Source: an uncultured bacterium (GTDB lineage Bacteria > Acidobacteriota > HRBIN11 > JAKEFK01). From it: a stretch of DNA of 64,000 nucleotides. Both the position numbers and the translations under genes were made by a program. Positions 19,777 to 29,539 of this stretch are shown here, in pieces; within the stretch, counting starts at the first letter, position 1; every line of letters starts with the position of its first letter. The stretch spans positions 96,001-160,000 of the forward strand of contig CAVZQN010000003.1 in assembly GCA_963777505.1 (NCBI GenBank), written 5' to 3'. A model generated the notes under the pieces. The model ran no database searches. It worked only from the letters and a program-made list of their open reading frames with translations, and was not told the origin of the DNA.

Positions 19777-20262
19777 TTAGGATTTTTGACTGAAGAATTC
19801 TTCAGCCCGTTTTTTTATTTCCTCATCTGTGACATCTTCTTTATGGGTAGCAATTGACCAATGATGACCGAATGGGTCAACAAGTTGACCATAACGATCA
19901 CCCCAAAAAGCATCCATTAAAGGCATCTTCACTGTTGCTCCGGCATCAACAGCCCTTTTAAAGGCCGCATCAGCGTCCTCAACATACACATGAACAACGA
20001 CAGGACTGGAAGCGCCAATCGACAATGGAGAAAGAGAATTCCATTGAGGATTTTCATCAACGAGCATTAACATCGAATCTCCGATCTTCATTTCAGCATG
20101 CATGACGCTCTTTCCATCCGGTCCATAATTGATGCGTCCACTCTCGGCGCCAAATGCTTTTTGATAGAAATCCATTGCTTTTTTCCCATCTCTAACAATC
20201 AGATGAGGCGTGAGCGTATTAAATCCTTTTGGTTTCGCTTGTACGTTTTTATTTGGCATCAA
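19777..20262 (-). CDS. VOC/glyoxalase family protein (PhnB-like)
   Basis: AMDFYQKAFGA, MHAEMKIGDS, FWGDRYGQLVDPFGHHW. Confidence 0.92.
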   Translation of the reverse strand: MMPNKNVQAKPKGFNTLTPHLIVRDGKKAMDFYQKAFGAESGRINYGPDGKSVMHAEMKIGDSMLMLVDENPQWNSLSPLSIGASSPVVVHVYVEDADAAFKRAVDAGATVKMPLMDAFWGDRYGQLVDPFGHHWSIATHKEDVTDEEIKKRAEEFFSQKS

Positions 20263-20306
20263 TGTTCTCCTTATTGATTAATAGTGCTTTGAAATACTAA
20301 TAATTC

Positions 20307-21095
20307 TCACAGAGCTTTGCCAAGGAGTTCATCAACTTTTTCGCGATATCTCCGGCTGATTGTGAGTTCTGTTGAGTTACGTAGAATGACGCGGAAATCT
20401 CCGTGAAACAGAGGTTGAAGCTCTTTGATTTGATCAATGTTAACGATGGCAGATTTGTGAATGCGAACAAACTTTTTCGGATCCAATTCGGATTCGAGAT
20501 TGTTCATCGCATCCCGTATCAAGTGTGACTCTTGTCCGGCATGAATCATGACGTATTTGCCCTGTGCTTCAATCCAATCGATTTCATCTGTTTTAAGAAA
20601 CGAAACTCTTCCTTTACTTTTGATGATCAATCGATCCAAATAATGTTGATGTACTTTTAGCTCTTTCAACAAAGCTACAAGTTCGCGATTACTTGAGCCT
20701 TCATGATCCTGGGAGACTTGAGCTTTTCCACGTTCGAGAGCTTCCTGAAATCGTTTTTTGTCGAAGGGTTTCAAAAGATAATCAAGAGCATGGACTTCAA
20801 AAGCCTGAATCGCATAGCGATCGAATGCAGTAACAAAAATTACGCGAGGCATGTTGGACGAATCCAATGATTGCAGCACCTCAAATCCATCCATTTCTGG
20901 CATTTGAATATCAAGAAATATCAAATCCGGATGAAGTGTCCGGATGCTTTCGACAGCATCTTCACCATCGTTACACACTTTTATTATTTCAATTTCAGGA
21001 TCCTCTTTTAGAAGACGTTCAATCCTGCGGCAGGCAATCGGTTCATCATCGATGATGCAAACCCGAATCAGTTGTTTTGTTTCAGTCATTTTCAA
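20307..21095 (-). CDS. LytTR-family response regulator (canonical)
   Basis: IIDDE, FLDIQMP, FVTAF, LKPF; LytTR FVRIHKSAIVN. Confidence 0.95.
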   Translation of the reverse strand: MKMTETKQLIRVCIIDDEPIACRRIERLLKEDPEIEIIKVCNDGEDAVESIRTLHPDLIFLDIQMPEMDGFEVLQSLDSSNMPRVIFVTAFDRYAIQAFEVHALDYLLKPFDKKRFQEALERGKAQVSQDHEGSSNRELVALLKELKVHQHYLDRLIIKSKGRVSFLKTDEIDWIEAQGKYVMIHAGQESHLIRDAMNNLESELDPKKFVRIHKSAIVNIDQIKELQPLFHGDFRVILRNSTELTISRRYREKVDELLGKAL

Positions 21096-23344
21096 GTTAC
21101 CTCATTGATGCAGGCGAGACGTGCATCCTTCGTCTGTGGTCCCTTGTGAACCGGAATTTCGAGTGTAACGCGTAGGCCACCTTCGGGCGCATTTACCATT
21201 TCGAATCGATAGTCATTTCCATACAACTGCATCAATCGTTCTCGCGTATTTGAAAGTCCTAAACCTGCACGTTCAGGGTTCATTCCTCTTTTCAATTTAG
21301 GCAATCCAGGGCCATTATCCTGAATACTGACTGTCAACATCCCATTATTTCTCCTGGCACTGATATCAATTTGGCCCGGTGTTTTTCGTGGCGCAATCCC
21401 ATGTCTGATTGCATTTTCAACAATAGGCTGTAAAACCAGGTTCGGAACAGATACTTTCATTGCCTGCGCATCTATATCCATTGTGACGCTAAGTCGATTC
21501 TGAAAACGCACACGTTCAATGGCAAGATAACAGTTCAAAAATTCAAGTTCCTTTTCAAATGGGATTTCATGCACTTGATTGCTGTTGACCGTCAGATGCA
21601 GAAAATGTTGAAGATTCTCAATCATTTCCTTGGCCGCGCTGGGATTCTCTTGCATCAATTCGGAAATTGAATTCAATGAATTGAACAAGAAATGTGGATG
21701 GAGTTGCATTTTTAACGCTTGCAGTCGCGCACGGCTCAGTTGAGCATTTAGCTTGGTGGTTCGTATTTTCTCTGCTTCAATTCGGCGGTGATATCGGAGA
21801 GAGTTTTCAACAGCAACGATTGTTAGATAACAAAGAATGTCGAATGCAAAAGGTGTCCGGGCAACATACACGGGCAATATTTCTAGAAAATCATAGTGTC
21901 CAAACTGGGCAGCTGAGAGTACCACGGCATAAGTGCCGGCTGCCAGGAATAAAACACAAATGAACCCAAGTAGATGGACCATCATATGTTTCCAGCGATG
22001 CTCTTGCTGAAGAGGGAATCTGGCAGAGAGTTTCAAAACAAGTGGAGTGAATAATGCCCAGATGTACCATCCGGTTGAAGCAACCATTTGTCCGGCCCAG
22101 TCGAAAGTCTTTCCTGCGCTGGCATCCCTGATTATGGCTTGAATCGCGAAATAAACAGCAAGGATTGTAAAAATTCCTGTAATCACAAGCCATCTTCGAA
22201 CGGTATTCGATGGTTCTGAATTAAACTCAACCGGCCGGATGCTTTCTTCTTGAGCTTGGTGTTGAACAACTTCATCAGATTTTCTTTTTTCAAGGACAAG
22301 AGGGATTTCGATCCGTGTCGTACTTTTTTCGGAAAGATTCGAGATACGAACAGCAATCGAAGTTTGATATAAGGCGTTAAGCCTTTCTAATAATTGATGG
22401 AGGCGAGGACTTTCAGAATCCGTGTAAAGGTCTGTAATTGTCAGCACAAGAGACGTTTCGGTTTTCGAACTTACGATAACCAAATGGAGCGGATCATTAT
22501 CACGTCTGCGGCGGATGGCATCTTCGATCGGTGCGTGCAAAATTAAGCTAGGTACGGTGCATTCCAGCGAATCGCGATCAAGATCAAATTTGATTTCAAC
22601 ACGGTTCGACAATCTGATGTTTTCAATTTCCAAATAGCATTTGAGAAGATCAACTTCTTCTCGTAGAGTTACTTCAGAATTTCCCGAATTTTCAAGCGTC
22701 ATCCGAAGATAATCACCCAGGCGGGCCACCATATCATCCGCTTCGTCAAGATTGCGGTTCATCAGGTTTGGAAGTTGATTCAAGTTTTTGAAAAGAAAAT
22801 CAGGATCGATTTGCATCTTCAACGATTCGATTTGCGATCGAATAATGCTGTCTTCAATTCGCGAAGAGTGAATTTCTGTTTCAACTGCGGTCCGATGATA
22901 GTTCAAGGCCAGGCAAACCGACAAAATCATTTGGTAGATCAGGAAGCGCCACATGAAGGAATTGACAAAGGACGCAGTCAGCATTTCGCTAACAGTTTTC
23001 AAATCACGTTCAGGATGAAATGCCCATTCAGTGAACAGGACGTAAATAATTCCATGGACTGATGCCAGCAATAATCCTGCGAGAAAATGAGCCAGCAGGC
23101 TTTTCAATCTTGATCCGGTATCGAATCGAAACCTAGCTGCGAGAGCCGCAATGATCGGAAACAATGCCGCCCATAGATACCACGTCGTAATTTGACGCAG
23201 AAGTTGATCCTTCCATTGAAACGTTACATTGGCAAAAGTCGAGGCAATGTAATACTGGACTACGAAGGCCAACGCGATGATCGTGGCCATTCCAACAACA
23301 CTCAACGCGTGTTTTTGTCGCATTTTTTGAACCTGGACATTCAT
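21092..23344 (-). CDS. Tandem LytS-type sensor: degenerate kinase module fused to an intact kinase module
   Basis: Two TM-plus-kinase units; second has LHPHFLFN, ENAIRHG, DNGPG and GLGL; first has IDPDFLFK and EDAIRRR with no G boxes. Confidence 0.88.
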   Translation of the reverse strand: MNVQVQKMRQKHALSVVGMATIIALAFVVQYYIASTFANVTFQWKDQLLRQITTWYLWAALFPIIAALAARFRFDTGSRLKSLLAHFLAGLLLASVHGIIYVLFTEWAFHPERDLKTVSEMLTASFVNSFMWRFLIYQMILSVCLALNYHRTAVETEIHSSRIEDSIIRSQIESLKMQIDPDFLFKNLNQLPNLMNRNLDEADDMVARLGDYLRMTLENSGNSEVTLREEVDLLKCYLEIENIRLSNRVEIKFDLDRDSLECTVPSLILHAPIEDAIRRRRDNDPLHLVIVSSKTETSLVLTITDLYTDSESPRLHQLLERLNALYQTSIAVRISNLSEKSTTRIEIPLVLEKRKSDEVVQHQAQEESIRPVEFNSEPSNTVRRWLVITGIFTILAVYFAIQAIIRDASAGKTFDWAGQMVASTGWYIWALFTPLVLKLSARFPLQQEHRWKHMMVHLLGFICVLFLAAGTYAVVLSAAQFGHYDFLEILPVYVARTPFAFDILCYLTIVAVENSLRYHRRIEAEKIRTTKLNAQLSRARLQALKMQLHPHFLFNSLNSISELMQENPSAAKEMIENLQHFLHLTVNSNQVHEIPFEKELEFLNCYLAIERVRFQNRLSVTMDIDAQAMKVSVPNLVLQPIVENAIRHGIAPRKTPGQIDISARRNNGMLTVSIQDNGPGLPKLKRGMNPERAGLGLSNTRERLMQLYGNDYRFEMVNAPEGGLRVTLEIPVHKGPQTKDARLACINEVT

Positions 23345-23433
23345 GCTGTAATTTTATATTCGCTATAAACGCACCCAATTACAAACGGAATAAGGCGGAT
23401 ATTATCTGGCTTAATGTGGAGATTTTTGTGCAG

Positions 23434-23505
23434 AAAATCAGGGGCGGTGATCAGGCCGCCCCACCATGGAGGAGCAATGCAGGGGCACAAGACTCTGTGC
23501 CCCTG
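23434..23505 (-). terminator. Two hairpins / terminator downstream of TonB-dependent receptor 1
   Basis: CAGGGGCACA/TGTGCCCCTG and GGGGCGG/CCGCCCC, followed on the minus strand by TGATTTT. Confidence 0.6.
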
Positions 23506-23514
23506 TATGTACTC

Positions 23515-26442
23515 TTAAAAACTGTATCGAACTCCCAAGCGCAAAGCCCTGGGTGAAATCAATTCATCGATTCGATTGAACGAAGCGGAGGATACGTTTC
23601 GGAGTCGTCGAACAACCGCATTCGTATTCGTTACATTAAACAGATTTGCGGACACGGCAAGACGACCATAATTCGCGAAATCGAAGCCTTTTTCAAACTG
23701 TAGATCCAGTGTAAAAATGTCATCGAATCGCCGGTCGCCAAATGGCTCAACAAGGATCAGGTGATTTGTAGTGCCCAAAGAGGAAGCCAGTGAATCATCA
23801 CGGATCGTTGCAAGCAGAACGTAAGGATAGCCCTGCTGATAACGGCCAAAAGCGCCAACAGAAAAATCCCATGGCAACTGATAAACACCGCTCATCTTGA
23901 ATTGCCATTCTGAATAAGGATAAACACCCGCTTTTCCGCTTCCACCGGGAGCAAAAGCATAGGGATGACCATCAAGAAATGGCAAGTTTGTTGGATCGAA
24001 TGGAAATACCTGACCGCTCAAGCCGCCATCACCAATGTAGAACGAAAGTGAATCACCACCATCATAGTTAGCTTTTTGTTTCTGCAGGGTTAAGCCAGCA
24101 TTCACCATGAAGTTGTTGCTCATCCGTTTGCGAGCGGTGATATCAATCCCGTCATATTTAGTTTTGTAATCATTCGCATTCGTCAAGATCTGATCGCCAT
24201 CATCAACACCGCCGTAAACGAAATACGGAACGTTGAAATTTCCCAGAGCTGTATTTGCAGTAAACGTACCACCAGGGACAAAGTCAGCTTCTGATATTCC
24301 GAAAGGTACGATCACAGTGTTATCACGGTAGTCGCGATGAGTGTAAGTGGCACTGACTGATAGATCTTGCATGAGTTGGCGTTCGAACCCAACGATGTAT
24401 TCCCAGGAACTTGAATTCCTGAGATCCTCATCGATCTTCCTGCTATCTTCAAATGCAGCCAGATCAAATGTTGGCCCATTCAATCCGCCAAAATAAGAAG
24501 GTGGTCCGGTAATTTCATCCGGAGTAATAACACGATCACCGTTGCTGTTTTCGAATGGCAGAATCGCACCGTTGTAAACGAAGGTGGGATTCTGATACGA
24601 AATGAATGCGTTATTCAACGCATCGTAATATCGTGCGAAATTTCCACGAACGATGGTCTTTCCATCTCCGGTGAAATCGTACGTCACGCCAAGACGCGGC
24701 GAAATGTCATTGAATGAAATTCCGGGATCATTGCCCGGATATTCCAGCTGACCAACAAGCGATTCGAAACCCGGTACTCCCGGAATTGATGAAGCTAGAT
24801 TTTTTCCGGTTTGATGATCAAAGCGGAATCCAAGATTTAGAGTCAGCCTGTTTCGGCGATATGTATCTGTCGCGTAAAAACTAGCACGATCTAAATCAAC
24901 TCTTCCATCAATCCAATGCTGGGCATAAAGGATCCCTGAAGTCAGTGGCCCTTGTGGCGTAGTTTGGTTGTAGTCAACAATGAACACACCATTTCCATAC
25001 GAACTGAAGGTGTGAAGATTTGCTGATTTGTATTCGAATCCGAACTTAAATTCATGATCGCCACCCATTACGTTTTCGCTGAAGTAATTTCCATCAACAA
25101 CGAAATCATGCGCAGGGCGATCAATGGGGGCCGTGTAAAACAGAGTGTCTTCGTAGCGTGGAATGGCGGCCAGGTAGATCATCGGTATATCTTTTCCACC
25201 ATTCGGTTTTAATGTGAATCCGAGACCGACGTATCCGTAACGTCCGGTGACAATCATTTGATCGCTGGGGATCCAGGTATGTTGTGCTGTCCAGATGCCT
25301 GGAAGGATCGTATCGGTACCGGCTTGTTCCCAAAGTGTTTCCGGAGCTTGCAGCGCAATCGAAATTCCTGCTCTTCCGGATTTCGTTTTTTCGCCTTGGA
25401 AGTATCCGAATTGCGATTCATGAGCAGGAGACCAACTCGCGTTTGCTTTAAAGTTGAAATCTTCGAGTTCAGTGAGATCAGCAGTATTCGCTGTTGTAAT
25501 CAAACCAATATCGTTTTTGCGATACGCACCCCAAACAAAGAATTTGTCTTTTATGATCGGTCCGCCGATATCAAAACCATAGTCTTTAACTTCATCGAGC
25601 CGGTTTGATTGAGCTCCGATCGATGCGAGTTCATCAGGTGTGTTATCGCCTTGAAGACTATCACCGGCGTAAAAATAGGAAGCACTTCCTTCCCATCGAT
25701 TACCACCACGTTTTGTGACAATGTTAACGATCACACCACCGGTCGGTGCGGACGCATCATTTCCACCGGTAGAAATTTGCAGTTCTTCAAATGCATCGAA
25801 ATCAAAATAGGTTGGTGATGCACCCATAGCTCCTGGGTCGGTTGCATTCACACCATCGTAATTGAAGATTGTATTGTCATCGTTTCCGCCTCGCGCAATA
25901 AACGATGCTTGCTGTCCAGACTCAGAACCTGCGACATTGTAACGATCTGAATCAACACCAGTAGTTTGATCGATGATGGTCCATGGGTCGCGAGCACTGG
26001 GAACATCTTCCAAATAATCACGACTGTACGTATCGGATGTGCCTGTTTTTTTGGTATCGACAACAGGTGTTTCGCCGATTACTGTAAATTCCTCAGCGAG
26101 CGACGGCCGCAATGTAATTTCAAGCTGAACCTGCGAGCCAGTGCTGATGCGTACTTCTTCCTGACGTACTTCCGTAAATCCTTCGATTGAAAAATTCACA
26201 GAATAAACTCCAGGAGGCAGATTCGCAAAGCGGAAACCGCCAGAAGCACCAGACGTTGCAGTCTGTGTAGGAATTTCATTTGATTCAAGCGTAATCAGTA
26301 CGCCAGGTAGTGGACTGCCTTTATCATCTACAGCTTTACCGTAGACGGAACCCGTCTTCATTGAAACTTGTGCGAAGAGGGGATAGGCAATTGCAGAAGC
26401 AAAGAGAACCACTACCATTAGTATGAACGATTTAGTTTTCAT
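23515..26442 (-). CDS. TonB-dependent receptor-like outer-membrane protein (Oar-like, N-terminal carboxypeptidase-regulatory-like domain)
   Basis: Signal peptide; G.PLPGV...FRFANLPPG.Y; plug GGVIVNIVTKRG; beta-barrel pattern; C-terminal F. Confidence 0.88.
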   Translation of the reverse strand: MKTKSFILMVVVLFASAIAYPLFAQVSMKTGSVYGKAVDDKGSPLPGVLITLESNEIPTQTATSGASGGFRFANLPPGVYSVNFSIEGFTEVRQEEVRISTGSQVQLEITLRPSLAEEFTVIGETPVVDTKKTGTSDTYSRDYLEDVPSARDPWTIIDQTTGVDSDRYNVAGSESGQQASFIARGGNDDNTIFNYDGVNATDPGAMGASPTYFDFDAFEELQISTGGNDASAPTGGVIVNIVTKRGGNRWEGSASYFYAGDSLQGDNTPDELASIGAQSNRLDEVKDYGFDIGGPIIKDKFFVWGAYRKNDIGLITTANTADLTELEDFNFKANASWSPAHESQFGYFQGEKTKSGRAGISIALQAPETLWEQAGTDTILPGIWTAQHTWIPSDQMIVTGRYGYVGLGFTLKPNGGKDIPMIYLAAIPRYEDTLFYTAPIDRPAHDFVVDGNYFSENVMGGDHEFKFGFEYKSANLHTFSSYGNGVFIVDYNQTTPQGPLTSGILYAQHWIDGRVDLDRASFYATDTYRRNRLTLNLGFRFDHQTGKNLASSIPGVPGFESLVGQLEYPGNDPGISFNDISPRLGVTYDFTGDGKTIVRGNFARYYDALNNAFISYQNPTFVYNGAILPFENSNGDRVITPDEITGPPSYFGGLNGPTFDLAAFEDSRKIDEDLRNSSSWEYIVGFERQLMQDLSVSATYTHRDYRDNTVIVPFGISEADFVPGGTFTANTALGNFNVPYFVYGGVDDGDQILTNANDYKTKYDGIDITARKRMSNNFMVNAGLTLQKQKANYDGGDSLSFYIGDGGLSGQVFPFDPTNLPFLDGHPYAFAPGGSGKAGVYPYSEWQFKMSGVYQLPWDFSVGAFGRYQQGYPYVLLATIRDDSLASSLGTTNHLILVEPFGDRRFDDIFTLDLQFEKGFDFANYGRLAVSANLFNVTNTNAVVRRLRNVSSASFNRIDELISPRALRLGVRYSF

Positions 26443-26482
26443 AGCTTCTCCATTTGGTTAGGTTATTGTTCAAAGAACCTTG

Positions 26483-26498
26483 AGCAAGCCCCATGCCA
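26483..26498 (-). promoter_or_regulatory. sigma54 (-24/-12) promoter of receptor 1
   Basis: TGGCATGGGGCTTGCT, GG-N10-GC, 40 nt upstream of the ATG. Confidence 0.75.
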
Positions 26499-26706
26499 GT
26501 GAATCAATCGACGGAGAAATGAATCAGCCACGCGATGAAAATCAAACTTTTGTTCCGTGTAAGTGCGCTTGCCTTTCTTGATAACGAACAATTCGTTCCT
26601 CGAAATGCATCAATCGTGGAATTTTCCGAATCGCACAGGCCAAGAACTGAAAGTTGAATGGCGATTAGCTTTTTTGTGTTTCTTTGTGGCTGTGTGGTAA
26701 AAGGAT

Positions 26707-27486
26707 TTACCGCAGAGTCGCCGAGGGTGCTGATTTGAGTGCGGGCAGTTTCGATTTGCGGCTTAAAACAAGAAGAGTTCCATCTTGAAGCACGACTTGA
26801 TAGGTTCTGCGGTAATTCCAGGGTTGAACACGTCTCACGCGCTCAATGTTAACAATTGTAGATCGATGAATTCGAACGAATTGCACCGGATCTAATTCCG
26901 CTTCAAGCGCTGAAATGCTGATCCTTAAAACAAGAGATTCTTTTCCAATATGGAGACGGACATATTTTCCATCCGCTTCAATCCAATCAAGTTCATCGCA
27001 TTTGATAAAATTTACAGTCCGTCCGGTTCGTATTGTTAAATGTTGTTGGCCGCGCCTAATCCCAATTGAAGGGACTTGACTCTTGATGCGTTCGGCTTCA
27101 CTGCGAGCGCGGTCTAACGCTTTCAAGAAGCGGCTTTCGCTCAAGGGTTTCACAAGATAGTCAACTGCTGAAACTTCAAAAGCGCGTGCAGCAAAATGAT
27201 CAAGACTACTAACAAAAATTGTAACCGGGCGATATTTTTCTGGAAGCGAATCCAATAGCGCAAATCCATCAATGCCCGGTGATTCGATTTCGCAAATTAA
27301 AATATCAGGTTTGAAGTCTCGCACCATTGAAATCGCTTCCATTCCATTTGCACATACTTCAATCTCTCGCGTGGAAGGTTCATTTGTTAAAGTTTCAATC
27401 ATTGTTTGCCGTAACACTGGATCGCTCTCAACGATAAGGAACCGAAGTTTCATATCTAAAGATTTATCTGTCATTGCGGCTCTCAT
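26707..27486 (-). CDS. Atypical LytTR response regulator (phospho-Asp replaced by Glu)
   Basis: IVESD and LICEIESP replace IIDDE and FLDIQMP; LytTR FVRIHRSTIVN intact; start at 27486 avoids overlap with msrA. Confidence 0.85.
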   Translation of the reverse strand: MRAAMTDKSLDMKLRFLIVESDPVLRQTMIETLTNEPSTREIEVCANGMEAISMVRDFKPDILICEIESPGIDGFALLDSLPEKYRPVTIFVSSLDHFAARAFEVSAVDYLVKPLSESRFLKALDRARSEAERIKSQVPSIGIRRGQQHLTIRTGRTVNFIKCDELDWIEADGKYVRLHIGKESLVLRISISALEAELDPVQFVRIHRSTIVNIERVRRVQPWNYRRTYQVVLQDGTLLVLSRKSKLPALKSAPSATLR

Positions 27487-27487
27487 A

Positions 27488-28039
27488 TTAATTTCCCCAC
27501 AATTCACGCAATTGACGATCCCGGCCGCATTGAATCTTATACTGTTTATAACGGCGAGCATTCTTTTTATAAAAATCCTGCTCGCTTTCTGCAACCGCAG
27601 AAAATTGCATTGCCGGGAAAATTGGCGTAACAATCTGCTTATTCAGGATTTTTTCAATTTTGAGTTTCGATTCTTCAGCCAGTATTTTTTGGCGGTCATC
27701 ATGATAGAAAATTGCGGAACGATATTTTGGGCCGCGATCGCAGAATTGACCATCCGGATTTGTTGGATCGATATTTTTCCAAAAGACTTCTAGTAATTTC
27801 TCGTACGAAATTGTTTCAGGATCATATACGATTTCCACAGCCTCGACACTTACTGTTTGTCCGGATGAACCAACCACTGAAAAACCCGTTGTCGTTGAGA
27901 GAACCCCATCCAACGTGTCAAAAGGTTCTTCCATGCACCAATAGCAACCTCCGGCAAAAGTTGCCTTCGCAGTTGTGGCCTGTGCCGAAACAATTTGAAA
28001 AGCAAGTAAAAAAACAACTAAGAATCTCAGGATCATAAA
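27488..28039 (-). CDS. msrA: Secreted peptide-methionine (S)-S-oxide reductase-like protein with atypical active site
   Basis: GGCYWCME, DPT...GQFCDRGPKYRSAIF; signal peptide; lacks the NPTY...GH segment and the His of HQ.Y. Confidence 0.8.
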   Translation of the reverse strand, partial: FMILRFLVVFLLAFQIVSAQATTAKATFAGGCYWCMEEPFDTLDGVLSTTTGFSVVGSSGQTVSVEAVEIVYDPETISYEKLLEVFWKNIDPTNPDGQFCDRGPKYRSAIFYHDDRQKILAEESKLKIEKILNKQIVTPIFPAMQFSAVAESEQDFYKKNARRYKQYKIQCGRDRQLRELWGN

Positions 28040-28149
28040 GCGAACTCCTTCATCCATTACAAATTAATTGGCATTGAACAGCGGAACAATGGTTTTGCCG
28101 CGACCGGTTCGTTGCGTGGCGCAAGTTAGAGAAACACGCCGCATATGGG

Positions 28150-28623
28150 CTAAGAATATTTTCGTGTTGCAAGGGAGATGGGAAGTCCGACACAAAATAT
28201 ATGTATGGTCAAACCTACAAGAAGCCACGCAAAAGCGAATGAAGTTTTGTGGGGAAAAGCAGAAAGAGGTAACACGATCAATTGCATAAAGAAGTAAACA
28301 GCAATTCCGTAAAGGATGCCGCAAACAACGGCATGTTGCACAAGGAAATGTAACCTGCGACTTAAAATAAAAAAGACTGTAGCCGCACTGAACGCAATGA
28401 AGAAATGTAAAAAGACTCCCAGCGCCGCAGTAGCCAGATCGCCTTCATACGATTTCGCACCGAGAAGTCCACTTGCTATGGATTGCATGATCAGGACAGG
28501 ACTTCTACCTCGCAGCAATCCATAAACAATGATTGCCGCAGTCAAGTCCATCGCCCCGCACATCAAGCCGCCGATCAGAATTGCACGATTTGTTTTTGAA
28601 GCGATTGCTATATTCATTGCCAT
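28150..28623 (-). CDS. Four-TM membrane protein of unknown function
   Basis: Hydrophobic helices; QSIASGLLG, LHFFIA, YGIAVY and HIFCVGLPI motifs. Confidence 0.75.
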   Translation of the reverse strand: MAMNIAIASKTNRAILIGGLMCGAMDLTAAIIVYGLLRGRSPVLIMQSIASGLLGAKSYEGDLATAALGVFLHFFIAFSAATVFFILSRRLHFLVQHAVVCGILYGIAVYFFMQLIVLPLSAFPHKTSFAFAWLLVGLTIHIFCVGLPISLATRKYS

Positions 28624-28728
28624 TGCCGAAAGATACGTTACGCTTCTTCAACGAGCAATTGTTTTGGTGCAAGCGGTTTCTTTGCGTGCCCAAGTGCGAG
28701 AAAAATCGGGGAGAAAGGGAGGTGTCTG

Positions 28729-29532
28729 CTAACCCGACTCAGTGCGAACTTTTCGGACAGCACTCATCAGTTGTTGAACGCGTTCAAAGACTATCTGTTC
28801 GTGAGCGGCTTTACTATTTTTGAGGGAGGTTCCAACGATCGCGCCATCAGCATAACGGAATAAAGTGCCAACATTTTCCGGAGTTGTTCCGCTGCCAATC
28901 AAAATAGGAAAATCACCAGCCGCGTTACGGACTTCCGATAAACTAACCGGTGTAGGAGCTTCACCGGTTATATTGCCGCTCACGATCAAAGCATCGGATT
29001 CATGTGCAATCGCTTGATTTGCGGAAGTGCTCAAGCTTTTACCCGATTCCAGCAATTCACTGTGTTTCACCTGAATATCCGTTAATAAAGCAACATTTTG
29101 TGCGGAAATCTTTTTGCGATAAGCGGTAACAGCATCCGGTTCAGGATTGATAATGCCTGCAGCGATGCGAACCGTATCTACGAAAAAATCAAGACGGACA
29201 AATTGGCAGTCAGTTTCTTTTGCAATCGTAAGAGAAGCGCGCCAATCGTTTAAAAGCACTTGCACACCGACTGGAACTTTTGTTCGTTTGACTACTTCTC
29301 GCGCAATGTGTGTGATCACATCAACCATCTCATTTCCAACTGTTAACTGTTGAGGTTGATCGTAGTCATTCTCAATACAAACGCCATCCACTCCGCCATG
29401 TTGTAGAGTATCCAGATCATTGAGTGCACGCCGAGTCGCAGCATTAAGAAATTCTGGAGTTAATTCCAATGGAGGCAGTGCAATCATACCGATCACCGGT
29501 TTTGGATTGGGGAAAATTTTGCGAAACATCAT
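28729..29532 (-). CDS. BtpA/SgcQ family protein
   Basis: GMIALPP, IENDYDQP, GVQVLLND, DIQVKH, IVSG..TG, ADGAIVGT. Confidence 0.88.
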   Translation of the reverse strand: MMFRKIFPNPKPVIGMIALPPLELTPEFLNAATRRALNDLDTLQHGGVDGVCIENDYDQPQQLTVGNEMVDVITHIAREVVKRTKVPVGVQVLLNDWRASLTIAKETDCQFVRLDFFVDTVRIAAGIINPEPDAVTAYRKKISAQNVALLTDIQVKHSELLESGKSLSTSANQAIAHESDALIVSGNITGEAPTPVSLSEVRNAAGDFPILIGSGTTPENVGTLFRYADGAIVGTSLKNSKAAHEQIVFERVQQLMSAVRKVRTESG

Positions 29533-29539
29533 TTATAGA

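Noticed and set aside
26500-26553. AATCA repeats at about 20-nt spacing as LytTR or IHF sites
   Set aside because: Only 5-7-nt matches, imperfect fit to either consensus, and not shared with the receptor 2 promoter.
27487-27633. N-terminal 49-aa extension of the atypical LytTR regulator
   Set aside because: Overlaps msrA in another frame; ATG at 27486 fits translational coupling.
27272-27793. 173-aa plus-strand ORF and the many other short antisense ORFs in the track
   Set aside because: They overlap motif-bearing genes and have no motifs or start signals of their own.
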